Assembly (NCBI GenBank): GCA_041746575.1
Contig: JBGTGT010000126.1
Span: 1 to 53,994, forward strand
Direction: 5' to 3'
DNA from: Microcystaceae cyanobacterium
GTDB lineage: Bacteria > Cyanobacteriota > Cyanobacteriia > Cyanobacteriales > Microcystaceae
DNA length: 53,994 nucleotides
In this document: piece after piece, positions 7,934 through 16,950 of the stretch
How the letters are laid out: every line of letters starts with the position of its first letter
Numbering within the stretch: the stretch's first letter is position 1
Translations under genes and position numbers: made by a program
Notes under the pieces: generated by a model
What the model was told of the DNA's origin: nothing
Database searches by the model: none
What the model saw: the letters and a program-made list of their open reading frames with translations, nothing else

Positions 7934-8899
7934 ATGGATAAACCCCCCAAAAAGCTCCTTGAACAAGTCCGTGATGTCATTCGTGTGAAGCATTACTCTT
8001 ATAAAACGGAAAAAAGTTACATTAATTGGATCAAACGCTATATTCTCTTTCATAATAAACGGCATCCACGAGAAATGGGTGGAAAAGAAGTTGAAGAATT
8101 TTTAACTTATCTGGCTGTTGAGGAAAATGTCGCCGCTTCAACTCAAAATCAGGCTTTAAGTGCTGTTTTATTTCTCTATAAAGAAGTTCTGAAACAAGAA
8201 TTAGATTTAAAGGTTGATGCAGTACGAGCAAAACGAAGTCGTTATGTACCAACCGTTCTGACAAAAGTGGAAGTTCTAGCAATTATTAATCACTTATCTG
8301 GGCTTCATCAATTAATCGTTAAATTGCTTTATGGAACGGGATTACGCCAAACGGAATGTTTACAATTACGGGTTAAAGATATAGATTTTGCTCAAAATCA
8401 AGTGATAGTTAGAGATGGAAAAGGCATGGAAAGTCGGGTCACGATGTTACCGATAAGTTTAGCTGAAGAATTAAAGTTTCATTTAGAAATTGTCAAGCGG
8501 TTACATCAACAAGATTTAGAAAAAGGTTATGGTTCAGTTTACTTGCCTTTTGCTTTAGAAAGAAAGTATAAAAATGCAGATCGAGACTGGGTTTGGCAAT
8601 TTGTTTTTCCCTCAGATCGTATTTCTCAAGATCCTCGAAGTGGCAGTATTCGTCGTCATCATCTTCATGAAAGTGGTTTACAAAAAGCTCTGAAACAAGC
8701 TGTTAAAATGGCAGGAATCAATAAGCGAGTCAGTTGTCATACTTTTCGTCATAGCTTTGCAACACAATTGTTACAAGATGGTTATGATATTAGAACAGTG
8801 CAAGAATTATTAGGACATAAAGATGTCAAAACAACAATGATTTATACTCATGTTTTAAACCGAGGGGGGAGAGGGGTAAAAAGTCCCCTTGATATTTAA
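7934..8899 (+). CDS. intI: Integron integrase (tyrosine recombinase)
   Basis: [30 protein letters not shown], the IntI-specific insert ([27 protein letters not shown]), HTFRHSFA and [14 protein letters not shown]. Likely start is ATG 7934. Confidence 0.95.
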   Translation: MDKPPKKLLEQVRDVIRVKHYSYKTEKSYINWIKRYILFHNKRHPREMGGKEVEEFLTYLAVEENVAASTQNQALSAVLFLYKEVLKQELDLKVDAVRAKRSRYVPTVLTKVEVLAIINHLSGLHQLIVKLLYGTGLRQTECLQLRVKDIDFAQNQVIVRDGKGMESRVTMLPISLAEELKFHLEIVKRLHQQDLEKGYGSVYLPFALERKYKNADRDWVWQFVFPSDRISQDPRSGSIRRHHLHESGLQKALKQAVKMAGINKRVSCHTFRHSFATQLLQDGYDIRTVQELLGHKDVKTTMIYTHVLNRGGRGVKSPLDI

Positions 8900-9776
8900 A
8901 ATCCCCCCAACCAACCAATGAACCACCCTATCCACCTCCTGTAACAAATCACACCCCAACAAACACCCTGACACATATTCCCCTAAATTATCCATCATTT
9001 CAGGATGAATCACCCTTAACACCCCTTCCCCATACCACTTTAACATCGCCTCAGCTAACCTTTCTTCATCCAATAACCCCAACCTCATCAACCCCTGCTT
9101 ATACTCATCCCTCAACCCTTCCAACCCCTTAAAAACCCCTTTCTCCCTCATCCTACCCTCAATTACCTTGCCAAACTCCCATAACCCCTGTAAAATCTCC
9201 TCATCATAACTCACCCCATCCCCCACACAATTATTCTCATCCGCAGCAATAAACCCCTTTCCCATTTCCGACATCAACACCCTGCTATTTTCCAACCCTA
9301 CCCCATGAGTTAAACACACCCTTATCCCCGAAACTTTATGATTTCGATGCCAATACGTCTCTCCACACTGCTGTAAATCTTCTATTAAACATAGGGGACA
9401 AAATCGCAGATATTCAGGATAATACAGCTTGAACTTAGGGATTTTTGCTACCTGTGCGATAGATTTACTTTCCTTCCCCTCCATCAATTCCTGTAACCGT
9501 TTTACCTCACGATTGGTCAAAAACGTCCGATAATAGGGGGAAAAAAGTATGTTTTGACCATATCTGATTAAGGGTTAAATTTGACCCCAAAGGTAACTTA
9601 TTGATTAGAGTCGCCAAATTATTCGGTAAACCTAGATAATATTGCTTTGCTCCCGTTGTTTCAAATAAATCAAGCTGTGTCTGTCGAAAATTACGATTTC
9701 CACTCCGAACATGATAACGACACACCACGCTGTAAAACAGTTCATCAGGGTAGGGAATTGGAAAGAAATGGAGCAT
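8855..9776 (-). pseudogene. tniQ: Short TniQ (TnsD N-terminal-like domain), split by one extra base in a T6C5 run
   Basis: FPIPYPDELFYS start and LRFCPLC..GETYWHRNH..VCLTH zinc motif. Removing one base at 9536-9546 restores HTFFPYYRTFLTNRE and a ~306-aa protein. Confidence 0.8.
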
Positions 9777-9780
9777 AAAA

Positions 9781-9808
9781 AGGCAGGAGGCAGAGGGCAG
9801 AAGGCAGA
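9781..9808. repeat. Heptamer tandem repeat (AGGCAGA)~4, STRR-like
   Basis: aggcagg aggcaga gggcaga aggcaga, immediately upstream of tniQ. Confidence 0.65.
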
Positions 9809-9852
9809 AGTGAAGAAGGAAGGATAAAAGTCATGTTAGATAAATTAAAGGT

Positions 9853-11598
9853 TTAAATAACCAAAAAATCCACTTCAGGATGGTCTTTAATAATACTTTC
9901 CTCTACAAAAGGTTCATATACAGAAATTTGATTCTTTTTCGCGTCCTCAAGAATCTTCCTCATATCTTGTTCCGTATAATTCGGCTTTCTCCCCACTTTC
10001 CCGACTCCATTCTCCCTTCTTCCTACTTTCCCTCTCCCTGCTCCGTTCTCCCTGCTCCCTGCTTCCCCAAACGGTTCTCCCTGTAACGAAATCTGATAAG
10101 CAAGTTTCACTAGCTTAGAAATGTCCGTTTCTTCGGGATTTTCCTCAATTACCCTCTCTCCTAACGCTTTAGCCTGAATAGGTTCAACCTCTAAATCCAA
10201 TAACTCAATAATAACCTGCTTCAGTCGGGGTGACATTGCGCTTTTATGCTTCTGATTGCGTCTCATGCGCCGCATTTCTGCTAAATCATCAAAATTGATG
10301 TCACCTAAGCATTTTTCTCGATATTCAGCAATATTAATCGGTGCAATATCTCTATACTTCTTCATCCGTATTATATCCCCTGAACGAATCGCATCTAACA
10401 TCGGTTTCACCAGATATAATCCCTCATCTGCTACCTTGTGAATTAACTCAACCGTGATTATTTCATCGCCACCGAGAGAAATCGCTCGCCATTGCACCAT
10501 TTTGTAGAGTTTAATCAAAATATCAATAATTCCTTGGGTTTCCTCATAAAGTGCATCACCAATTTCCTGAGAATAGGGAACTTCCGTCTTTGTCCATTGA
10601 TATTCCCACATTCCTTCGGTGAAAAATTGCCAATTTTGGTCATTTTCCATCCGTTTCCAACGCACTCCACCTTCTCCTGTTCCCCGTCTCGCATTGCGGA
10701 AATTCCCCGTTAAAATCGGTTCAGCTTCATTTGTCCCCACTCTAATCACGGGAATCCCAATAATATTATCCATTTTCACCAGAAAATTAAGTAAATCATC
10801 CCGTCCTCTCCTCGCATTGGCAATATTCTGCATCTCATCAATGACTAATAAGCCTAAATGGTGCGTATGCGCTAACTGTGCCACTTGCGCTAACATATAA
10901 TCCTCAGAATTACCCTTAGAACCGAATTTTTTAAAGTTATTCGTCCCTAATAACCTATCAATTCCTAAAAAAATATCCGTACATAACCCTTTAAGAGAAC
11001 CCGCATGAGGACAATCTACTTTTAGCCAAACAATCTGAGTAACACTATGTTGGGGATGAATAATAACCTGTGGATATAATTCAAGAATATTCGCTAAATT
11101 TGTTGATTTTCCTAATCCTGATTCCCCAATAATCGTTAAACCCGAAGCGGTTGTCGGTGTCGTTATTACCGAGACATAATCCTCTAAATGATGACCATCT
11201 TTCGCTTGAATCGCCTCATAAATTTGTCTTGAACGACGAGCGTATTCAGGTAACAGAGGATTTCGGGAAATATAACCACTCATCAACAAAACACAGATAG
11301 TTTGCTGTAAATCAACCGTTTTTGATAAAGGGTCAAAATACCGTGATAATCGCTCAATACAATGAAAACGGTCATGTGCTTCTAATTCTCTCTCAGAAGG
11401 GTCATAAATCGGATATTTAGCCACCAAATCAATAAATTGCTCTTGAGAAAAAATCGGGGGTAACGCTTCAATCATCGGATTATTGTTGTATTCCACCTGC
11501 TTAAACTGGCGATATTTAGCAATTGAGGCTTGCATTCCATTGGGAATATCTGTCCAGTCATAATAACGATATTTATCAATAAAATCTTTACTTTCCAC
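9853..11598 (-). CDS. tnsC: Tn7 AAA+ ATPase regulator TnsC
   Basis: YNNNPMIEALP, Walker A GESGLGKS, KVDCPHAGSLK, Walker B LLVIDEMQ, and FRNARR. Confidence 0.93.
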   Translation of the reverse strand: MESKDFIDKYRYYDWTDIPNGMQASIAKYRQFKQVEYNNNPMIEALPPIFSQEQFIDLVAKYPIYDPSERELEAHDRFHCIERLSRYFDPLSKTVDLQQTICVLLMSGYISRNPLLPEYARRSRQIYEAIQAKDGHHLEDYVSVITTPTTASGLTIIGESGLGKSTNLANILELYPQVIIHPQHSVTQIVWLKVDCPHAGSLKGLCTDIFLGIDRLLGTNNFKKFGSKGNSEDYMLAQVAQLAHTHHLGLLVIDEMQNIANARRGRDDLLNFLVKMDNIIGIPVIRVGTNEAEPILTGNFRNARRGTGEGGVRWKRMENDQNWQFFTEGMWEYQWTKTEVPYSQEIGDALYEETQGIIDILIKLYKMVQWRAISLGGDEIITVELIHKVADEGLYLVKPMLDAIRSGDIIRMKKYRDIAPINIAEYREKCLGDINFDDLAEMRRMRRNQKHKSAMSPRLKQVIIELLDLEVEPIQAKALGERVIEENPEETDISKLVKLAYQISLQGEPFGEAGSRENGAGRGKVGRRENGVGKVGRKPNYTEQDMRKILEDAKKNQISVYEPFVEESIIKDHPEVDFLVI

Positions 11599-13822
11599 GT
11601 TTGCGCTCCTTGCGTTTTTTCGCTAATAAATCTAAGTGATTAGGTTCAGTTGATTGAGGAGATGAAGACGGTTTAGCGTCCTCTTTTGGTTTCTCAATTT
11701 CTTGAGTCGATAATGGCTTCTTATCTGGTTGAAGTTCAAAGGCTTCTACCTCCCTTCTTTCTTCTTTTTCCGTTGCTCTGTGTTCTCGAATGCCAGAGGT
11801 TTTCTGTAAATTACTTTGGCTTTTATCTTCGTATTGTTCTGTTTCTTGTTTAGCACGATGAGCAATACTTTCTAGTTTAGCCATTAAATCAACTTCTTGT
11901 TGACGTTGTTTTCCTCCTCGTTTCTTACTTTGTAAATCTTCATAAGCTAATAAATATTCTACATCATAAATCGTTTTATGAGCATAGCGTTCATCTGGGT
12001 CAAGTAAAAAGCATTTCTCAAAGTCTCGACCATCAGGAGAGGGTAAATAAATAAAATCTGTCCGTCTAGGATCATAAGAAATTTGTAAAGATTTTTCCTC
12101 CTTTGATAGCATTCGACTTCTCGCTTTTTCAAACCACATTTCTTCAATGGCTTTTTCGCAAATATAGTGCATTGATTTGAAACGAATTCCCCTTTCTGTA
12201 ACTCTAGCTTTTCCCGTTGGCATCAAATTTAATTTAACAATATCTTCATTCATTGTTCTCAACTTTCCTGAACGTTTATTAATTCCCCATTGCCATAATT
12301 CAAGTGGAATGGGAGGAACATTATCAGCAATCATTTCCTCATCTCGATTATAAGTTTTTAACTCATGGCTGTTATGATAAAGAACAATTTCAAGAATCAT
12401 TTCCGTAAATTGATCAATATCTAAACGAGCATCTAAGCGGTAATCTTTTGCCCCTCTTTCTCGAAAATCTACATCAATAAACCCCGGCAAAAAAGGTTTT
12501 ACTCGCTCATGAATCACTTTAAAATGTCTTTCCACTAATCCTTTCCAATCAGCACGATAAGGAGCAGCATTTTCTACCCGAATAAATAAATTAGGAATGA
12601 TCGTTTCTGCCGTCATTCCTGCTAATTCTCCTCTATCTCCTAAAATACATTCAGGAAGATGATGACATGGCCATTCTTCTTCGATAATAGAAATCCCCAT
12701 TTCCTGACAAAACGAGACTTTATCTGTCACCACATTACTCAAAGCCATCATTGCACCTAACCATGAGGGGCCTTCTAAACCTACATAAACCCCGACTATC
12801 ATCCGACTAAATACATCAATTACGACATAAATAACAGGTCTTCCAATAATCCAATCACGGTTATATTGAGAGACTAGATAAACATCAGCAACCGTCGCAT
12901 CAATTTGATAGCGAGAACCGGGGCCAATTGTTTCCTGTCTCGATGTTCCCAACATGGCTCGATGCTCTAAAGCAAAGCGTTTAGCTCCCCTTCGTGCGGT
13001 AATTGTTTTTTCTAAATTACTGTTTTCGGTTTCATACCAATAGCGAAATTGATTAAAAGTCGGTTGTTTCTCTGGGGGAATCAATACCGAAAATTTAACA
13101 TTATTTTCATCATAATGAAACTCCTCAGCATAATACTCTTTAATCATCAATTTATATACCGTCATTAAGGAGTTTTGTTTCTGATTTCGATAGAATTTAT
13201 TAATAGCAATTCTAAAAATTTGTCGATCTTGTTCAGTAATATTAATGCCTTCCCCAATTTCAGGCTCATGCTTATATTTTCTCGGTCTTCCTCTTTTTTT
13301 GCTTCCTGCTTTTCTCCGCTTTCCTTTTGCGCCTGAATTAACATAATCAGGTAATAAAGCGTTTTTAACCTTACCTCTTTGCCAAAATCTCCGTAAGTGC
13401 TTGTAAATAACTTTTTCAGCTAATTTCTCTCCCTCATGACTTTCTTGATATTCAGTAATAACTTGCTGAAGTAGTTTACCTCGAAGATAGCGATAATAAA
13501 TATCAGGTTCTTGAGTCACTAAGGAAGAAATGATTTCCCACGCATTATCTCGCAATTCTTTCTCTTTTAAAGATAAGCTTTCTTCTTGAACAATTTTTCC
13601 CCAAGGATCTACCTCTAACTTAGAGGCTTCTTGATTCTTCAAGGCTTCCTTTAAATCTTTAATGGCATAACTACGAGGAAATCCTTTAGTCGCATAAATA
13701 TCAAAAATAAAAGCAACTGCATAACCGTCATCAATCCAAACCACTCGTTCAATCAGAGGGTTTTCTGCATCATCCGATTGCCATTGTATAAGGTCATTAA
13801 CAAAGATTTCATTATTCATCAT
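11588..13822 (-). CDS. tnsB: Tn7 DDE transposase TnsB
   Basis: GPGSRYQIDAT, IDVFSRMI, GDRGE and KGLVERHF motifs. Confidence 0.93.
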   Translation of the reverse strand: MMNNEIFVNDLIQWQSDDAENPLIERVVWIDDGYAVAFIFDIYATKGFPRSYAIKDLKEALKNQEASKLEVDPWGKIVQEESLSLKEKELRDNAWEIISSLVTQEPDIYYRYLRGKLLQQVITEYQESHEGEKLAEKVIYKHLRRFWQRGKVKNALLPDYVNSGAKGKRRKAGSKKRGRPRKYKHEPEIGEGINITEQDRQIFRIAINKFYRNQKQNSLMTVYKLMIKEYYAEEFHYDENNVKFSVLIPPEKQPTFNQFRYWYETENSNLEKTITARRGAKRFALEHRAMLGTSRQETIGPGSRYQIDATVADVYLVSQYNRDWIIGRPVIYVVIDVFSRMIVGVYVGLEGPSWLGAMMALSNVVTDKVSFCQEMGISIIEEEWPCHHLPECILGDRGELAGMTAETIIPNLFIRVENAAPYRADWKGLVERHFKVIHERVKPFLPGFIDVDFRERGAKDYRLDARLDIDQFTEMILEIVLYHNSHELKTYNRDEEMIADNVPPIPLELWQWGINKRSGKLRTMNEDIVKLNLMPTGKARVTERGIRFKSMHYICEKAIEEMWFEKARSRMLSKEEKSLQISYDPRRTDFIYLPSPDGRDFEKCFLLDPDERYAHKTIYDVEYLLAYEDLQSKKRGGKQRQQEVDLMAKLESIAHRAKQETEQYEDKSQSNLQKTSGIREHRATEKEERREVEAFELQPDKKPLSTQEIEKPKEDAKPSSSPQSTEPNHLDLLAKKRKERKRGK

Positions 13823-14642
13823 CGTCCCTCACAATCTTTTGAATCGCTTGAGTCGATAAATTACTAGAGATTTTTGTATTAAACATATCCACAATAACCT
13901 CTTTTCTCGCCACTAAATGCCTAAATAAAGAGAGTGCTGTTCCTGCTTCTAAATTCATGTCCTTATCTAAAGCAGTCGTAACATTAGTAACGGTTGTATT
14001 TTCGCTCCTTAGCTTCTCTTTCAAAGTACAGGCGATACGGCGAAGTTCGACAATATCTGCACTTTCAGTTGATTCTAAATGATATGTCGGGTGGATCCAG
14101 TCAAGATTACTCGCAAAAATCTTGGAAATCCCTTTTTCAGTAATAATTCCCCAATCAATTTCTAAAGCTTGATAATAGCGTCTCTCAATCTCTAATTTGG
14201 CTACTGTCGTTTTTTTCTCCAAATCTTTGGTTGATTTAACCGTTCTCACCACTTGAACAGGTTTTCCCTCTCGTTCAATGGTCAGCATAAAGTCTGTGGT
14301 TAGGACGTAGGGAATGTGATGTTGAGGATCTTCAGGATACTTAAAATTCATCTCATCCGCAATTTTCAAAGCCAAATCGAGATCCGACAACGGGTATTGC
14401 TCTCTGATGTCGATTACGATGTCAGACCACTCAAATAAATAAAATGTCCGTTTTTCTTGATCTGAGAGTAAATGATGGATGCGACCCGATTTGCATCCTG
14501 GAATTCGGTGGGAGCGACCCTTAGAGGGAAAATCCTGAATCTTAATCCAAGGAACATAGTCTTTTCCTGTTCCTTGACCACGACCTTCCTTTTTATAGCG
14601 GTCAAACTTAGCCTCTGTCCACTCTCGTTTAGTCCTAGCCAT
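13812..14642 (-). CDS. tnsA: Tn7 endonuclease TnsA
   Basis: EGRGQGTGKDYVPW, HHLLSDQE, DIREQYPL, TTDF and KLEIERRYY motifs. Confidence 0.93.
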   Translation of the reverse strand: MARTKREWTEAKFDRYKKEGRGQGTGKDYVPWIKIQDFPSKGRSHRIPGCKSGRIHHLLSDQEKRTFYLFEWSDIVIDIREQYPLSDLDLALKIADEMNFKYPEDPQHHIPYVLTTDFMLTIEREGKPVQVVRTVKSTKDLEKKTTVAKLEIERRYYQALEIDWGIITEKGISKIFASNLDWIHPTYHLESTESADIVELRRIACTLKEKLRSENTTVTNVTTALDKDMNLEAGTALSLFRHLVARKEVIVDMFNTKISSNLSTQAIQKIVRDDDE

Positions 14643-14654
14643 AGCGAACCTCTG

Positions 14655-14744
14655 TAGATAGTGTTCCCACTATCTAAGTTTACCAACTTTATTATAAATT
14701 TACTGACTTTATTTTAAACTTACCAACTTTATTCTCTTTTTACA
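14655..14744 (-). repeat. Tn7 right end: TGT terminus, three TnsB sites at 20-bp period and a fourth degenerate site
   Basis: Minus strand TGTAAAAA-GAGAATAAAGTTGGTAAGTTT has the same spacing as Tn7 TGTGGGCG-GACAATAAAGT. Repeats at 14676-14693, 14696-14713 and 14716-14733. Candidate target duplication ATAAT at 14745-14749. Confidence 0.88.
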
Positions 14745-14760
14745 ATAATACAAAACAAAT

Positions 14761-16644
14761 TTATTCAACCGTAACAGACTTAGCGAGGTTTCTGGGTTGA
14801 TCGACATCTAATCCTCTTCGTGCCGCAATATGATAGGATAACAATTGCAAAGGAATTACCACTAAAATAGGGGAAATCAATTCATCCACAATAGGAATTG
14901 GTAATAAATCATCAAACACCTTTTTTGCATCTTTATCCCCTTCCGCGATGACTCCTAATAACCGTGCATCTCGCGCTTTTGCTTCTTGTGCGTTGGATAA
15001 TACCTTATCATAAACCATGCCCGGAACAGCGATCGCAACAACAGGAACTTTGGCATCTAATAGGGCAATAGGGCCATGTTTCATTTCCCCTGCGGGATAA
15101 CCTTCAGCATGAATATAACTGATTTCTTTTAATTTTAATGCTCCTTCTAAGGCAATGGGAAAATTAATGCCTCGACCTAAAAAGATAAAATCTTGCGTAT
15201 CATTAAACTCATGGGCTAATTCTTCAATGGGTTTATTTTGCTGTTCTAAAACTAACTCAATTTGACGAGGGAGTTGACGTAACCCTTGAATAATCGATTC
15301 AATTTTTTCTAGAGATAAAGTTTGTTGACGATAGGCCAATTCTAGGGCTAATAGATAAAATCCCGTTAATTGTGCGGTAAAACTTTTCGTCGCCGCAACG
15401 CCAATTTCAATACCCGCTTGGGTATTAATAATATTATCTACCAAATAAGCGAGGGTGCTTTCAGGACGGTTGGTAATACCAAGTAAATAGGGGTGATATT
15501 GCTTATCTAAGCCCAAACGACGTTTTTTTTCTGTCTCTAATGCGGCTAAGGTATCAGCCGTTTCTCCAGACTGGGTAACCCCGATAGTTAAGGTATTCGG
15601 CAGTAACGGTGAAGGGGCATAGCGAAATTCCGAGGCATACTGTACCATTGTCGGAATACTCGCCAATTGTTCAATGAGATATTTACCCACTAAAGCGGCG
15701 TGCCAACTCGTACCACAAGCTAAGATTTGAATGTGGTCTATTTTTTCGGGCAATTCCATTAACCCTAAATTAATTGGGCTAAATTCTGGTTGATCTTGTG
15801 CTTGCCAATGGGGGCTAAGATAGGTTTCTAGACAAGCGCGAATCACGCTAGGTTGTTCGTAGATTTCTTTTAACATGAAATGGCGGAAACCTTGTTTTTC
15901 GACTGTTGTTGTCGTCCAGTCTAAAGTCTTAGGAATCTTGCGGAGTCTTTTTCCTGAAAAATCATAAATTTCTACCCCTAAAGGCGTTAAACGAGCAATT
16001 TCACCATTATCCAATGATAAAACGGTATGGGTATAGGGTAATAAAGCAGTCACGTCTGAGGCACAGAAAAACTCTCCCTGACCAAAGCCAATCGTTAAAG
16101 GAGCTTGCTGACGGGCTAAAATAAGCTCATCGGGGTAATCTTGACAAAGAATGGCTAAAGCAAAAGCCCCTTCGAGACGATGAATCGCTTTTTGGATCGC
16201 TTCAATAAAATCATCGCCTTGGGGACTTTCAGGCAAAAAATGAGCGATTAGATTAGGAATAACTTCTGTATCAGTTTCTGAAGAAAATTTATATCCTTTA
16301 CTCATTAATTCTTCTTTAATGTCTTGATAGTTCTCGATAATACCATTCTGCACCACTGCAACTCGACAGTGCATATCCCGATGGGGATGCGCGTTATGTT
16401 CTTCTGGTTTGCCATGAGTTGCCCAACGAGTGTGACCAATGCCAATATGAGAAGAATTGCTTTCCCGTTCTAATTTTTCCCGTAGGTTGTAGAGTTTTCC
16501 TTTGGCGCGGGTGCAATGTAATTGACCGTCTAAAACCGTTGCAACGCCAGCAGAATCATATCCTCGATATTCTAGTCGTTCTAAGCCGCTAATTAAGACA
16601 TCTATCGCCGTTTGTGTGCCAATATAACCGACAATTCCACACAT
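14761..16644 (-). CDS. glmS: Glutamine--fructose-6-phosphate aminotransferase
   Basis: Starts MCGIVG, contains GHTRWATHG and ends PRNLAKSVTVE. Confidence 0.98.
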   Translation of the reverse strand: MCGIVGYIGTQTAIDVLISGLERLEYRGYDSAGVATVLDGQLHCTRAKGKLYNLREKLERESNSSHIGIGHTRWATHGKPEEHNAHPHRDMHCRVAVVQNGIIENYQDIKEELMSKGYKFSSETDTEVIPNLIAHFLPESPQGDDFIEAIQKAIHRLEGAFALAILCQDYPDELILARQQAPLTIGFGQGEFFCASDVTALLPYTHTVLSLDNGEIARLTPLGVEIYDFSGKRLRKIPKTLDWTTTTVEKQGFRHFMLKEIYEQPSVIRACLETYLSPHWQAQDQPEFSPINLGLMELPEKIDHIQILACGTSWHAALVGKYLIEQLASIPTMVQYASEFRYAPSPLLPNTLTIGVTQSGETADTLAALETEKKRRLGLDKQYHPYLLGITNRPESTLAYLVDNIINTQAGIEIGVAATKSFTAQLTGFYLLALELAYRQQTLSLEKIESIIQGLRQLPRQIELVLEQQNKPIEELAHEFNDTQDFIFLGRGINFPIALEGALKLKEISYIHAEGYPAGEMKHGPIALLDAKVPVVAIAVPGMVYDKVLSNAQEAKARDARLLGVIAEGDKDAKKVFDDLLPIPIVDELISPILVVIPLQLLSYHIAARRGLDVDQPRNLAKSVTVE

Positions 16645-16950
16645 ATTCGTTACCTGTGATTTGGCCAATGGTTAATAGTTTATCCCATTAGGGACGAAAG
16701 TTCACGGATGAGGGTTTCCGCTTGATATAGCACGACCTATTTAAGGGTTTGACGTTTTACTATCTTCTTCAACTTTCGACTCTCGAAAACTCGGCTGAAA
16801 ATAGGTCAAATATCTAATTTTGTCAAGCTATATTTGCTGATCATAGACAAAACAATTTTGGGTTGAGACTCCAGTTACTCTTACTAAATTAAATGCGTAG
16901 TACCATAACCTTTAGAGCCTAAACGTTTTTGCCTTTTTTGAATTCTTTGG

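Larger units (their letters stand above)
385..8899. mobile_element. Integron: intI (+), attI and a minus-strand cassette array
   Basis: An integron integrase diverges from a co-oriented gene array. One full attC and one truncated attC are present, and GTT/AAC cores are complementary at cassette ends. Confidence 0.9.
385..14744 (-). mobile_element. Tn7-like transposon inserted at attTn7 downstream of glmS (left boundary not in window)
   Basis: tnsA-tnsB-tnsC-tniQ operon. The TGT terminus with TnsB sites lies 16 bp beyond the glmS stop, with the tnsA-proximal end facing glmS as in Tn7. Confidence 0.9.

Noticed and set aside
7655..8065. 136-aa minus-strand ORF, plus ORFs 7753..7980 and 8031..8282
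   Set aside because: They are antisense to intI and span attI, so they are shadow frames without recognisable motifs.
8901..9330. Diversity-generating retroelement variable region as the cause of the skew
   Set aside because: There is no reverse transcriptase or template repeat in the window, and the bias is C-depletion rather than A-specific variation.
14676..14733. 20-bp-period repeats as a mini CRISPR array
   Set aside because: There are no spacers, and sequence and position match TnsB-binding sites. No CRISPR array or cas gene was seen anywhere in the window.
14745..14757. Alternative transposon termini at ACA 14750-14752 or 14755-14757
   Set aside because: Only the ACA ending at 14744 gives the canonical 8-bp terminal spacing to the first TnsB site.
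16645..16668. N-terminal extension of GlmS from the TTG at 16668
   Set aside because: GlmS needs the catalytic Cys at position 2, so the start is ATG 16644.
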